The notes: a model not told the origin generated them from the sequence alone. DNA of 64,000 nucleotides from Vulcanimicrobiota bacterium (GCA_963812135.1 CAWETU010000001.1:1984001-2048000), one strand, 5' to 3'; counted from the first letter of the stretch, positions 42,341 to 52,617 are shown. Numbers and translations are program-made.

Positions 42341-43132
42341 TCAGACGACCTTCTTCGCGATGAGGAAATCGAGGATCTGTTTGGCGCCTTCCTTGGGATC
42401 GGTCGCGGTGATGACCGTGCCCTTTTGGCGCGCGCCGACCGGCGCGAACGCTTCCACTTGCGTCTTGGCGCCCGCGTCGCCGAGTTTGGCCGGATCGGCG
42501 CCGATGTCGGCGAGCGCCGGCGTTTTGATCTCCTTTTTCTTCGCGCCCATGATGCCTTTGAGGGTTGGGTAACGCGGCTCGTTGATCGACTTGGTCACCG
42601 AGACGAGCGCGGGCAGCGGCGCTTTCACTTTCAGGTAGCCGCTTTCGGTTTCGCGTTGCGCTTCGATCGCGCCGTCGGCCACGGTCAACTTCTTCACGTA
42701 GGTGACGCACGGGACGCCGAGATGCTCCGCGATGGCCGCAGGCACGACGCTGCAGGCCGCGTCGGTGCTCTGCGTGCCCGAGAGCACGAGATCGAAGCCG
42801 ACGCTCTTGATCGCCAGCGCGAGCGCGTAGGCGGTCGCCATCGTGTCGCTGCCGCCGATCGCATCGTCAGAGAGCAGCACCGCATTGTCGGCGCCCATGC
42901 CAAGCGCTTTGCGCACGACGTCGGTGCCGCTGGCGGGCGCCATCGTGAGGATGGTGACGGTGGTGTCGCCACCAATCGCTTCCTTTATCCTGAGGGCTTC
43001 CTCGATCGCATATTCGTCAAAGGGGTTGAGCACGTTCTCGATCGACGTGCGGTTGAGGCGCTTGGTGGCCGGGTCGAACGTCTTTTCGGCGTTCGTGTCG
43101 GGCACTTGTTTGACGGTAACGACGATCTTCAA
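42341..43132 (-). CDS. etfB: Electron transfer flavoprotein beta subunit
   Basis: VKQVPD, NPFDEYAIEEA, NEPRYP. Confidence 0.96.
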   Translation of the reverse strand: MKIVVTVKQVPDTNAEKTFDPATKRLNRTSIENVLNPFDEYAIEEALRIKEAIGGDTTVTILTMAPASGTDVVRKALGMGADNAVLLSDDAIGGSDTMATAYALALAIKSVGFDLVLSGTQSTDAACSVVPAAIAEHLGVPCVTYVKKLTVADGAIEAQRETESGYLKVKAPLPALVSVTKSINEPRYPTLKGIMGAKKKEIKTPALADIGADPAKLGDAGAKTQVEAFAPVGARQKGTVITATDPKEGAKQILDFLIAKKVV

Positions 43133-43272
43133 CGGGCGGCTGCTCCAGAATGAAGGCGACCTCGCGGTCGCCGGATGTGGACGGAGTCGGGAACATACTG
43201 GGTTTCTTGGCCCGGCTGTCCCGAACCCTGCCGCCGGGCGGTATGCGGGCGGGCGTCTGAGAAGCTCGCAGC

Positions 43273-43900
43273 ATGCTTACGCACACGTTTTCAAAACTAG
43301 GGCGCAATTTCATCGGTCTCGCTTGGGACGGCGAAGCGCTGTGGGCGGGCGACTGGGATTCGCAGACGCTCTTGCGCTTAGCCGCGAATGGCTCGGTTGG
43401 AGAATCGTATCCGGCGCCCGGCAGGCCGGTCGGCCTGTACGTTTCGCGAGGGCACGATCACGGCGGTGATCGGCAATCCTGAGACCGACGACCGGTCGAT
43501 CCATCAGTTTGACGCGTCGCGCCACGTGTGGTCGGACGAAAGTATCCGCTGTCCGGACGACACCGGATCTCACCTATCGTGGAGTGGAAGCAAGTTGTGG
43601 CTGAGTCAACGCTATAACAAGCGCGTTTTGCAGCTCGGCGCCGACGGCTCGGTGGAACGCACGATTGAGATGCCGAGTGAGGTCGTCGGAATCCATTGGA
43701 TGGGACCGACGTTGTGGACGAACTTGCGGATCAGTAAAGGCACGTCCGATATCGGACGACTGGAACCTAATGCGGAGAAACCCGAACTGGTCGATCACTA
43801 CGACCAGGGGTTCGTTTCGCTGGGCTATGACGGCGGTGGTTTTTGGATGAGCGATCTGCGCGGCACCACCATCGCGCGCGCGGTGCCGCCGGGTCTCTAG
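43273..43900 (+). pseudogene. Beta-propeller-like hypothetical protein with +1 frameshift near 43438
   Basis: GLAWDGEALW repeats continue in the other frame (LSWSGSKLW, GIHWMGPTLW, LGYDGGGFW). Confidence 0.7.
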
Positions 43901-43906
43901 CCGGCG

Positions 43907-44713
43907 TCATGCGTGGTTGACGAGCATCCCAAGCGCCTCGAGCTGGACGCCATCTGGTCCGCGAATGTCCGGCGATCGATAACGTGCGTGCAGAAGCGTC
44001 TCTCGCCACGCGCTGATAGCAGCGACCCGCTGGCCTTCTATATACAAAGCGTTTCCAAGGTAGAAATACACCTCTTGAAAATCCGGCTGCTCCGAGACGA
44101 TGGCGCGCAGACCATTGATCGCGCGTTGGAAGTCGCCAAGGCTGGCTTGGTGCAACGCGGCAAGAAGTCGTGGACTGGCTGCTTGAGCTGAATCGGAATT
44201 GAAGCCTACACCCCATTGAGGATTACGAACATTCGAATCGTAATATGCGGCGAATGCCGCGCGGTATTTGCCCTGGCGAAAGAGCGGATCACCATCGGGG
44301 TTGCTCGTGTCGCGATGCGGCAGGCCATCCGTGGCGAAATGATCCCACGTCTCGCGCCACAAATGCCGCGCCTCGTCTACATCGCCAACCTCGTAGAGAT
44401 CGTCGCTTAGGTGGAAGATGAGGTCCGTGTAGGTGCGATAGCGTTCTGGAGAGTTCGTCGGCAGCAGATGCAGTGCAGTCCGAGCCTCGGCGATCGCGTT
44501 GCGAAGGTCGCCGTAGCGCTCATAGCACAGGGCCATCACCTCGTGCCCATACGGCTGACCGATTGCGGGATCGACGATCATCGGCGGCGGCGTGCAAGGG
44601 ATGCGCGGCGGTGGCGGTTCGGTTGCTGAACGCGCGTCCTTGCTAAAAACGACAAGAACCGAGAGTGCCGCCAGCCCCGCGAGGCACAAACGGGCAGTCG
44701 ATGCGCGCTGCAC
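43907..44713 (-). CDS. Secreted TPR-like hypothetical protein
   Basis: Signal peptide, PDF.EVYFYLGNALY TPR-like segment. Confidence 0.6.
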   Translation of the reverse strand: MQRASTARLCLAGLAALSVLVVFSKDARSATEPPPPRIPCTPPPMIVDPAIGQPYGHEVMALCYERYGDLRNAIAEARTALHLLPTNSPERYRTYTDLIFHLSDDLYEVGDVDEARHLWRETWDHFATDGLPHRDTSNPDGDPLFRQGKYRAAFAAYYDSNVRNPQWGVGFNSDSAQAASPRLLAALHQASLGDFQRAINGLRAIVSEQPDFQEVYFYLGNALYIEGQRVAAISAWRETLLHARYRSPDIRGPDGVQLEALGMLVNHA

Positions 44714-44719
44714 CCGTGC

Positions 44720-45667
44720 CTACTGAGCGGCCGGAGGCCTGGTCACAACCGTCAGGAAGTTCTTGATCGCGGCGTTGAGCGCGCCTGGCTGGTCGAGCAT
44801 GATGAAATGCTTCGAGTTGGCGATCGTCTCTACGGTGACGGTCTTGGCGCCCGCGTATTGCGACGCATAGTAGTCGTGGATGGTGGCGGCCAGTTGAGCG
44901 GGAGTCAACCCGCGCAGCTGGTTATTCATGTAGGGGGCGTCCGCCGACACGGGCGCAATGACGAGTAGCGGCGCGGTTATTTTATCGAGGCCAGGCCTCA
45001 GGTCCTCAAGCGACATCTCGGTTGTCGCGCCTGCGAGCGTCGTCCGATCGCTGCGTAATGAATGATCGGCGACGATCTGCGCTTGCGTGGCGTCCGTGAC
45101 CATGGTCGCCGCGGTCGAGCGCGTTTGGTTCTCGTACAACCAATCGGGTGCGGATGCAATCCCATCCGCGAGTTGCGAGACGTTCTGCGCCCGCTGTTGT
45201 AGAGTCTGTCCGGGCTGCAGCGGCGGGAAGTATGGCGTTTCGTCGACGATCACCGCGCCGGCAAACAGGTCGGGATGCTCTTCGAGCAACCGTAGCGCGA
45301 TATGGCCGCCGAGGCTGTGACCGACGAGCACGGGCGATTTGAGGTTCTCTTGGCGGATCAGGTTCATGATCGCCGCATCGGCCTGCTGGATGTAGGGCGG
45401 GGGCGACGGCGGCAGTCCGTCAAAACCGGCCATGTTACCGGCATAGATCGTGTGATCCGCGGACATCTCCGCGATGGTGCTCGACCACGTCCACGAATTC
45501 ACTGAGAGGCTAGGCAACATGATGATGGCGGGTTCGCCTTGGCCGTAGCGATCGAAATGCATGTTGCCGATAACAAAGCTTTTCGCCGGCGTCGGGATCG
45601 GCTGCGCGTTGGCGCGTGTGAGACCGGTGATCAAACAGAGCACGACGAACAGGGCGATACGAATCAT
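44720..45667 (-). CDS. Secreted alpha/beta hydrolase
   Basis: GHSLGG, SKHFIMLDQP. Confidence 0.85.
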   Translation of the reverse strand: MIRIALFVVLCLITGLTRANAQPIPTPAKSFVIGNMHFDRYGQGEPAIIMLPSLSVNSWTWSSTIAEMSADHTIYAGNMAGFDGLPPSPPPYIQQADAAIMNLIRQENLKSPVLVGHSLGGHIALRLLEEHPDLFAGAVIVDETPYFPPLQPGQTLQQRAQNVSQLADGIASAPDWLYENQTRSTAATMVTDATQAQIVADHSLRSDRTTLAGATTEMSLEDLRPGLDKITAPLLVIAPVSADAPYMNNQLRGLTPAQLAATIHDYYASQYAGAKTVTVETIANSKHFIMLDQPGALNAAIKNFLTVVTRPPAAQ

Positions 45668-45733
45668 ATGTGTCGTTTTGGCTTTTGCGCGTGGGGGTGC
45701 CTCTCGAACAGGGCCATGCCACTGCCACTTTGA

Positions 45734-46882
45734 ATGCAGCCCGCCATGAAGATCGCGGTCATCGGCGCGGGCATCAACGGTCTCTCATCTGCGTGGGGGC
45801 TCGCGCGCGATGGCCACGAGGTGAGCGTCTTCGAGCAAGGTCCGATCCCGAATCCGCTTGGTTCATCGTACGACCAGAACCGCCTCATCCGCTATCCGTA
45901 CGGCGCAAATCTTGGATACACGCGCTTGGTCGCCGCCGCATACGAGGCGTGGGATCGCCTGTGGTCCGATCTCGGAGAGACGTTCTACGTCCGCACGGGC
46001 ACGCTGGCGATCGCGCGCGACGAGACCAGTTGGACCGATCAATCCGCCCAGACGTTGACGCAAGCCGGCGTCGAAACGCGACGGCTCCCGCCGGCCGACA
46101 TCGAACGCATCTTCCCGATGCTACGCACCGAAGGCATCCGCTACGCGTTGTACCTGGAATCTGGCGGCGAATTGTTCCCGACGCGCATCATCGAGGCGCT
46201 GGCGCGCCACTTGCGCAAACTCGGCGTGAGTATCTCAGAGAACACGCCGGTGAAATCCATCGATGTCGAGCGGGCGCGTGCAGTCCTATACGATGGATCC
46301 GTAGTCGACGTGGACGCGCTGGTCGTGGCCGCAGGGCCATGGGTGGCGCGCCTGCTGCCTGAGATGGCGAGCCGCGTCACGCCGTCGCGCCAAGTGCTCG
46401 CGTATGCAGAACCCCCGCGACAATATGCAGAGCATTGGAAGCATGGACCGATGCTCATGGACCTTGACGGCGCTGGATTCTATCTCGTGCCTCCCGCGGG
46501 CGGCACGGATCTGAAGGTCGGCGACCATCGCTTTAGCCTGACCGGGCAACCCGACGCCGATCGCGATCCGTCACCGGCTGAAACGCAGGCGGTGTTCGAG
46601 CAGGCGCGACGCGTGCTGCGCGATTTTGATCAATATAAGATCAAAGCGACGCGGACGTGCTTTTACACGGTCGAGTCCGGGGAGCGCTTTCTGGTCGAAC
46701 GCCAAGGGCGTTCGTGGCTGGTCAGTGCGTGCTCGGGCCACGGGTTCAAGTTCGGTGCGCTGACTGGGCTCGCCGTCGCCGACGGCATCGCTGGTAGACG
46801 TTCCGCCGACGAGATCGCGCGCACGTCCGCCGGAGAGAGTCCCGGGGTCACGATCCCAGGGCGCCATTCGGAGATCGCATGA
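45734..46882 (+). CDS. FAD-dependent oxidoreductase (sarcosine oxidase/SolA-like)
   Basis: VIGAGING, CFYT, CSGHGFKF. Confidence 0.87.
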   Translation: MQPAMKIAVIGAGINGLSSAWGLARDGHEVSVFEQGPIPNPLGSSYDQNRLIRYPYGANLGYTRLVAAAYEAWDRLWSDLGETFYVRTGTLAIARDETSWTDQSAQTLTQAGVETRRLPPADIERIFPMLRTEGIRYALYLESGGELFPTRIIEALARHLRKLGVSISENTPVKSIDVERARAVLYDGSVVDVDALVVAAGPWVARLLPEMASRVTPSRQVLAYAEPPRQYAEHWKHGPMLMDLDGAGFYLVPPAGGTDLKVGDHRFSLTGQPDADRDPSPAETQAVFEQARRVLRDFDQYKIKATRTCFYTVESGERFLVERQGRSWLVSACSGHGFKFGALTGLAVADGIAGRRSADEIARTSAGESPGVTIPGRHSEIA

Positions 46883-47961
46883 CGGTTCTCGAGTGGGTTG
46901 AGGTGGCGGCCGGCATCGCACTTGTCTGCCTCATGCTCTATGATATTTTCGCCTCGGTTGTTGTGCCCAGAGCGGTGTCGGCGACGTTCCGCACGAGCGT
47001 TCTCGTCGTGCGGGGCTCGTGGCGGCTCTGGCGCGACTACGCGGTCACGATCAAAGACGCCGACAAGCGCGAGGACTTCCTCGGACGCTTCGCGCCGGGC
47101 GTCTTGATCGGATTGCTGATCGTATGGCTCAGCGGCCTGTTGCTCGGATATGGCTTGATCTTCTATGGGCTCCGCGGCCACACCCAACCGCCGCTGCACT
47201 CATACATCGATGCGGTGTATTTCGCCGGGACCTCGCTGCTGACGATCGGCTACGGCGACATCGTCGCCACCGATACGATCGCCCGTCTCTTCACGCTCGC
47301 CGCCGGCGCCACGGGGCTCGCGCTGTTCGCGCTGACCATCTCGTTCATCTTCTCAATCTTCGGATCGTTTCAGAATCGCGAGGTCTTCATCGTCATGATG
47401 GGCGGTCGCGCCGGTGCGCCGCCCTCGGGCGTGACACTGCTCGAGACCGTTTCGAAATACAAAATCTTTGAGGATTTCGCGCAGAGCATGCGCGAGGGCG
47501 AACGCTGGGCGGCGTCGGTGCTCGAGTCACATCTCGCCTATCCGGTGCTCGCGTATTTCCGCTCGAGCCACGATGACGAGTCGTGGATCGGTACGCTCGG
47601 CGCCTTGCTCGACGCGTCGACCATGCTCATCACGCTGACCGACAGTCCGCTCGTCGGGCGCGCGAAACTGCTGCACCTTATCGGCGTGCATCTCGTGCGC
47701 GACCTCACCCGCTATTTCCGCGTTGCTGTGATCGAGACGGCGGGCATCGAGCGTGGCGAATTCGACCAAGCGTGTGCTCAATTGACCGCGGCGGGCTGGG
47801 AAGTGCGATGCGACGACGCGGCATGGAAGAGCTTTTCAGAGTTGCGCATGCAGTACGCCGGCCCGCTCAACGAAATGGCGAAGTTCTGGATGACACCGCC
47901 GTCGCGCTGGATCGGGGATCGCTCGGAGATCGGCAAGCGCATGATGCACGCGGCTTCGTAG
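46879..47961 (+). CDS. Potassium-channel (ion transport 2) domain protein
   Basis: TIGYGD selectivity-filter motif; HLAYPVLAYFRS. Confidence 0.85.
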   Translation: MTVLEWVEVAAGIALVCLMLYDIFASVVVPRAVSATFRTSVLVVRGSWRLWRDYAVTIKDADKREDFLGRFAPGVLIGLLIVWLSGLLLGYGLIFYGLRGHTQPPLHSYIDAVYFAGTSLLTIGYGDIVATDTIARLFTLAAGATGLALFALTISFIFSIFGSFQNREVFIVMMGGRAGAPPSGVTLLETVSKYKIFEDFAQSMREGERWAASVLESHLAYPVLAYFRSSHDDESWIGTLGALLDASTMLITLTDSPLVGRAKLLHLIGVHLVRDLTRYFRVAVIETAGIERGEFDQACAQLTAAGWEVRCDDAAWKSFSELRMQYAGPLNEMAKFWMTPPSRWIGDRSEIGKRMMHAAS

Positions 47962-48032
47962 GGCAAACCGGCGGGCACCCTGAAGTCTGACACCTCACGG
48001 GGCATCACTCATCCCACATCGGAGTTTCACTC

Positions 48033-48638
48033 ATGCACGTACGTTTTGTCGCGGCGTTGTCGGCGGTCGCCCTCATTTCGGCATTGGCATGCCTGCCCGC
48101 ACCGGCCGCAGCCGACACCACATGGGCAGCCGATCCGGGCCATTCCCTGGCCGAATTCAGCGTGCTCCATCTAGGCGTCACGCATGTGCGCGGCTCAATC
48201 CTTATCAGCCAAGCGAGCGTCGTCACGCCGAGCGGCACTAATGTGCCGTCCTCGATCGTCGCGGCACTCGACCCCGCGAGCATCGATACGCGCAATTCGG
48301 ATCGCGATAACGATCTGCGAGGCCCTGATTGGCTCGATGTCACGCGCTTCAAGACGATGTCGTTCAAGAGCGCGTCAGTGACTGCGGGGCCGAACGACAC
48401 ATTCACCGCGGCTGGCGATTTGACGATTCATGGCGTGACTAAACCCGTGACGCTCGCGGGCCATATCGACGGCACGACCGTTGACGGCAGGGGACATAAT
48501 CGCGTGTCGTACTCAGCGACGACGACGATCAAGCGTCAGGACTTCGGTTTGAGCTGGGCGCAGCAGACGCCGGGCGGCACGTTCGTCGCGGGCGACAACG
48601 TGGACATCTCGATCACCATCGAAGCCGTCGCCCGCTAA
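48033..48638 (+). CDS. YceI family protein
   Basis: Signal peptide, DPGHS, SIDT.N.DRD..LR, GDLTIHGVTKPV. Confidence 0.92.
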   Translation: MHVRFVAALSAVALISALACLPAPAAADTTWAADPGHSLAEFSVLHLGVTHVRGSILISQASVVTPSGTNVPSSIVAALDPASIDTRNSDRDNDLRGPDWLDVTRFKTMSFKSASVTAGPNDTFTAAGDLTIHGVTKPVTLAGHIDGTTVDGRGHNRVSYSATTTIKRQDFGLSWAQQTPGGTFVAGDNVDISITIEAVAR

Positions 48639-48692
48639 GCGGTGTGTCGAGGGATTAAAACCTGCGAGGGCAAACGGAAACATCGTCATCGT

Positions 48693-48994
48693 GGGATGAT
48701 GGTGAAATCGGAAGACACAACGGACTTCCAATTGGAGCCGGGGGCCGGGAAACCACCTCTGGGATGCGCTCAAAGTCGGTGAACTCTCTGCTCGAAAGAG
48801 CGTGACAACGCCGAGCCAAGCTCCCGAGACGGAGAAGGTGTAGAGACTGGACGGGCGCGACCTACGGCGTGATAGACGCTACGGTCAAGGCACAGTCCGG
48901 ACCACACAAATGCCGTCAGGCAGTGGCGAAAGCCATAGTGGTGCGAAAATCCGTTGCCCGCAAGGGCGTCCGGGTTCGAGTCCCGGTCATCCCA
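48693..48994 (+). tRNA. tRNA-Leu(UAA), intron-containing (exons 48693-48727 and 48946-48994)
   Basis: Acceptor GGGATGA/TCATCCC-A; spliced anticodon arm ACGGA-CT-TAA-AA-TCCGT; long variable arm; GGTTCGAGTCC; no encoded CCA. Confidence 0.92.
48728..48945 (+). ncRNA. Group I intron (218 nt, no ORF)
   Basis: U at the 5' splice site and terminal G; P3 GCGCTC/GGGCGC; R element GGTGTAGAGACTGGACGG; S element AAGGCACAGTCC; GAAA-capped helices. Confidence 0.9.
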
Positions 48995-49924
48995 TGTTGA
49001 TCTTCTCGCGTAGATAGCCGATCAGTAGGTCGGCTTCGCTGACCAGAGTTGACCGCTTTTGTAGCGGCGCGCGATCTCGTCGAGGATGATAAGCCCGGCC
49101 GGCATGATGTCGGCCCGGAACTCCGGCAATCCATGCAACTGTTTGCGCTGTTCGATCGGCAACGACACCGTCAGCCGAAAAAGATCCTCCAGATCCGCGC
49201 GACGCAACGCTGCGACGTGCACGTCGGAGGCGGCATCGTACGCGTTTAGCATGCGCGCCGCGGTGTCAGCGGTTCCGCCGACAAAGACGAGCTGAGCGTC
49301 CGAGCTTCGCTCGGGTTCTACATCAAACTCAAGCCTTACGGCGGTGCGGCACGCGCTAATCTCTTCCGCCGTCGGCGGATCGTGCTTGAAGAAGCGTTCG
49401 GTCATGCCCACCGCGCCAACCGGCAACGAGCTCACCAGAACGTCGTTGTTCGGGGTGGTTCTGGTCGCGATCTCAGTGCTGCCGCCCCCGATATCGACGA
49501 CCGTGAGCGGTCCGAGCGGCGCGTGACCGGTCTGCTCGAGCGCCCAGCACGCGCCGTCGAACGACGCGCGGGCTTCTTCTTCTCCCGTGAGGATGTGCAG
49601 CTCTGTTCCGGTGATCGCGTGGACCTGCTCGGCGAACTCAGCTGCATTGGTCGCCTCGCGAAGCGCGGCCGTGCCGATGACAAAGCGGCGATCGGCGCGC
49701 CTTGCCAGCCCGGCGAATTCCGCGATGGCGGCGGCGGTCCGCTCCATCGCCTGAGGCGCGAGCAGCTTCGACGCGCTGACGCCTTCACCCAACCGAGTGC
49801 CGCGAATCGCGTGATGTTCGACCGTGATCGGTCGAATAAATTCGACCGCTACATTCTTTTCTGGGACTTGGGCGATCAAGAGCCTGCACGAGTTGCTGCC
49901 GGCGGCGATCACGGCGCAGCGCAT
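48987..49924 (-). CDS. Ppx/GppA family phosphatase (apparent -1 frameshift near 49045)
   Basis: GSNSCRL, TRLGEG, TAALREATN, EEEA, DIGGGSTE, GGTA, RADI; restored end VSEADLLIGYLREKINMG*. Confidence 0.85.
49830..49852 (-). repeat. REP copy inside the Ppx/GppA gene
   Basis: Exact GTAGCGGTCGAATTTATTCGACC, translated VAVEFIRP. Confidence 0.9.
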
Positions 49925-49927
49925 GGC

Positions 49928-50374
49928 TCAGCGCTTCTTTCGCGGCGGTTTCTTCGGCGACTCCCGGTACTGCCGGCGCGCGCGCATCTCAAACGGAAGC
50001 AGCCGGTCGGCGCGCGGCTCTTTCGCCTCGTGCGCGCGGCTAGCGATGGCGCCCTTGGGATCCCAGTCTTCGGTCTGGCGCAGATAGTCGATGATCTTCT
50101 CGTCCAAGTTGGAGTCGTCGGCAGGCCGGACTTCCGAAGCAGGCGCGGCTTGTTCAGGTTGCTCGGTCAGCGCCCCGTCAGCCAGGCGCAGCGTCAGCCA
50201 ACCATCCTTCTCGGAAACGATAAACGGCAGGTTTGGCCGGCGCTTGCGCGACGCGGCACGACGAACATCGCCGTGACCGGGTTCCGACGAGGGAAGATTC
50301 GCGATGCGGCCGTCATCGAGACGCACAACGCAGCCGTAGCGTCCGCACGACAGAACCGTTCCGTTGATCTGCAC
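49928..50374 (-). CDS. Hypothetical protein with degenerate S1/OB-fold-like N-terminus
   Basis: GTVLS..RYGCVVRL.DG; located next to a divIC-like gene. Confidence 0.55.
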   Translation of the reverse strand: MQINGTVLSCGRYGCVVRLDDGRIANLPSSEPGHGDVRRAASRKRRPNLPFIVSEKDGWLTLRLADGALTEQPEQAAPASEVRPADDSNLDEKIIDYLRQTEDWDPKGAIASRAHEAKEPRADRLLPFEMRARRQYRESPKKPPRKKR

Positions 50375-50676
50375 TAGGGAGATGCTGGGGCCGGCGTCGC
50401 GATCTGAATGAAGACTTCGTGCGGCTTCGTGAGACCCAGCTGCTCGTGGATGAGCGGCACGAGGTACTCGGGATCGCGCGACAGGATGATGTCGCGGCGC
50501 AGCTTGACCGAGCTCGCGCTCAGCTGCTGGTTCTGATCCTCGACCGCATCGATCTGTTTGTGCAGCTGATAGTTCTGGTAGCCGACCCGCCAGGCTTGGC
50601 CCGTGAACGACGCGACGACCAGCAGCACCGCGGCCAATCCGACCAAACGGCCGGCGGTCGACATCACGCGCATCAT
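50374..50676 (-). CDS. Septum formation initiator (DivIC/FtsB-like)
   Basis: TM plus coiled coil plus DPEYL....EQLGL.KP.EV; start uncertain. Confidence 0.75.
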   Translation of the reverse strand: MMRVMSTAGRLVGLAAVLLVVASFTGQAWRVGYQNYQLHKQIDAVEDQNQQLSASSVKLRRDIILSRDPEYLVPLIHEQLGLTKPHEVFIQIATPAPASP

Positions 50677-50749
50677 CGTGCGCTCGCGCTTCTTGCGGGC
50701 GGCGCCGCCGAGCGGCTTGTTCGCCAGCCGGCTGATCTTGAAACCGAGG

Positions 50750-51724
50750 CTACCGCGCCGCACGGTCCAGCGCCATCTCTTCGTGCGCACCGATTTTGCG
50801 ATACTTCTCGTACCGCCGATCGATGAGTTGCTCGGGCGAGAGCTTGATGAGCTGCGCCAACGCTTGTTTGTCCGCCTCGAGCACCGAGTGTATCGTGGTC
50901 ACAGGGTCGCGATGCGCGCCGCCCATCGTCTCCATGACGACCGTGTCGACGATGCCGAATTCGAACAGATCTTCCGACGTCAGACGCAGACGTGACGCGG
51001 CTTCGTCGGCCTTGCCAGCGTCGCGCCACAGGATGGTCGCGGCGGCCTCAGGCGACGCGACCGAATACACCGCATGCTGCAGCATGAGGACGGTGTCGCC
51101 GACGCCGATCGCGAGCGCGCCGCCGCTGCCGCCTTCGCCGATCACGTTGACCACGATCGGCACGCCCAGTCCAGCCATCAACTTGATGTTCGTCGCGATC
51201 GCTTCTGACTGGCCGCGCTCCTCGGCGCCGATGCCCGGATAGGCGCCCGGCGTATCGATGAACGTGAGCAGCGGCTTGTGGAACTTCTGGGCGAGCCGCA
51301 TGATGCGCGCCGCCTTACGATACCCTTCCGGATGCGCCATGCCGAAACTGCGATACAGATTCTCTTTCGTATCGCGGCCCTTTTGCTGGCCGAGCACGAA
51401 CACGGGCACGCCATCCAAATACGCATAGCCGGCGACGAGCGCCGGATCGTCACGGAACGCGCGGTCGCCGTGCAGTTCGACGAAGCCGTCGAGCTTGCTG
51501 ATATAGTCCATCGCCAACGGCCGGCGCGGATGGCGCGCGAGATGCACGCGTTGCCATGGCGTGAGATTGCCGAAGATCTCGAGCTCGAGCGCAACCGCTT
51601 TTTCTTCGAGCGCTCTGATCTCGGCGGAGAAATCGACGCGCTGCGTCTCGTTGAGCTTCTTGAGCCCGTCGATCTTCGCTTCGAGCTCGAGCAGCGGCTT
51701 TTCCAGCTCGACGATGACGTTCAT
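50750..51724 (-). CDS. accA: Acetyl-CoA carboxylase carboxyltransferase alpha
   Basis: ARHPRRP, ELHGDR, PEGYRKA, IDTPGAYPG, GEGGSGGALA. Confidence 0.97.
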   Translation of the reverse strand: MNVIVELEKPLLELEAKIDGLKKLNETQRVDFSAEIRALEEKAVALELEIFGNLTPWQRVHLARHPRRPLAMDYISKLDGFVELHGDRAFRDDPALVAGYAYLDGVPVFVLGQQKGRDTKENLYRSFGMAHPEGYRKAARIMRLAQKFHKPLLTFIDTPGAYPGIGAEERGQSEAIATNIKLMAGLGVPIVVNVIGEGGSGGALAIGVGDTVLMLQHAVYSVASPEAAATILWRDAGKADEAASRLRLTSEDLFEFGIVDTVVMETMGGAHRDPVTTIHSVLEADKQALAQLIKLSPEQLIDRRYEKYRKIGAHEEMALDRAAR

Positions 51725-52617
51725 GAAGCTTTCGATTTCGGGCGGCGGATTGCCGGAGTCGGTCGACTGAAGTCGACCGCTACAGGGGTGGTGAAAAAGC
51801 GCAGCGCGTTCGCGAGCGCGGCCTTCATGTCGGCGCGACGCACGACCATGTCAACCTGACCGTGTTCGAGCAAGAACTCGGCCGTCTGGAATCCGTCGGG
51901 CAGCTTCTGCCTGATGGTCTGATCGATGACGCGCCGTCCGGCGAAGCCGATCGCCGCGCCGCTCTCGGCGATGATCACATCTGCTTGGAAACCGAAGGAA
52001 GCCGAGACGCCGCCGGTCGTGGGATCGGTCAAGATCGTGATCAACGGGAGCCCGAGCGTGCCGAAGCGTTCGACCGCAGCGCTCGTCTTGGCGAGCTGCA
52101 TGAGGCCGATCATACCTTCTTCCATGCGCGCGCCGCCCGATGTCGTCACGATGACGCATGGCACGCGCCGGCGCGCGCACTCCTCGATGAGTAACGTGAC
52201 TTTCTCGCCGACGACCCCGCCCATAGTGCCGCCGCGGAAGTTGAAATCCATGACGCCGAGCCCGACCGGAATCTGCTCGACCGTGCAAAATCCGACGATG
52301 ATGGCTTCGAGCAATCCCGATTTGGCGCGATCGCGTTCGGTCTTCTCTGGATAGGTGGTGCGGTCGGACCATTGGAGCGGATCGCCGGTGACCAGATTCT
52401 CCGCGATCTCGTCAAAGTCGCCGTCGGCGAGCAACGCGATGCGGTCGAGCGCCGGCAGCCGGAAATTATGGCCGCATTTGGGGCAGACGCGCAACTTCGC
52501 CTCGAGGTCCTTGATGAAGAGGCGGTCGCCGCAGGATGGGCAGATCTCCCAGAGCTTGTCGTCGGAGGGTTGCGGTCGTGCGCCGCGCCGGCGTAGCCAA
52601 TTCGGTGTTGGCATCAT
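51721..52617 (-). CDS. accD: Acetyl-CoA carboxylase carboxyltransferase beta
   Basis: CPSC...CPKC zinc finger, GGTMG, SGGARMEEG, PTTGGVSAS, FQTAEFL. Confidence 0.96.
   Translation of the reverse strand: MMPTPNWLRRRGARPQPSDDKLWEICPSCGDRLFIKDLEAKLRVCPKCGHNFRLPALDRIALLADGDFDEIAENLVTGDPLQWSDRTTYPEKTERDRAKSGLLEAIIVGFCTVEQIPVGLGVMDFNFRGGTMGGVVGEKVTLLIEECARRRVPCVIVTTSGGARMEEGMIGLMQLAKTSAAVERFGTLGLPLITILTDPTTGGVSASFGFQADVIIAESGAAIGFAGRRVIDQTIRQKLPDGFQTAEFLLEHGQVDMVVRRADMKAALANALRFFTTPVAVDFSRPTPAIRRPKSKAS
51761..51783 (-). repeat. REP copy in the accD 3' end
   Basis: GTAGCGGTCGACTTCAGTCGACC, translated VAVDFSRP. Confidence 0.85.

Noticed and set aside
48728..48945. Homing endonuclease in the intron
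   Set aside because: 218 nt is almost fully accounted for by ribozyme helices; no suitable ORF.
49051..49068. GTAGCGG on the plus strand in ppx as another REP copy
   Set aside because: Lacks the TCGA...TCGACC hairpin; probably a chance match.
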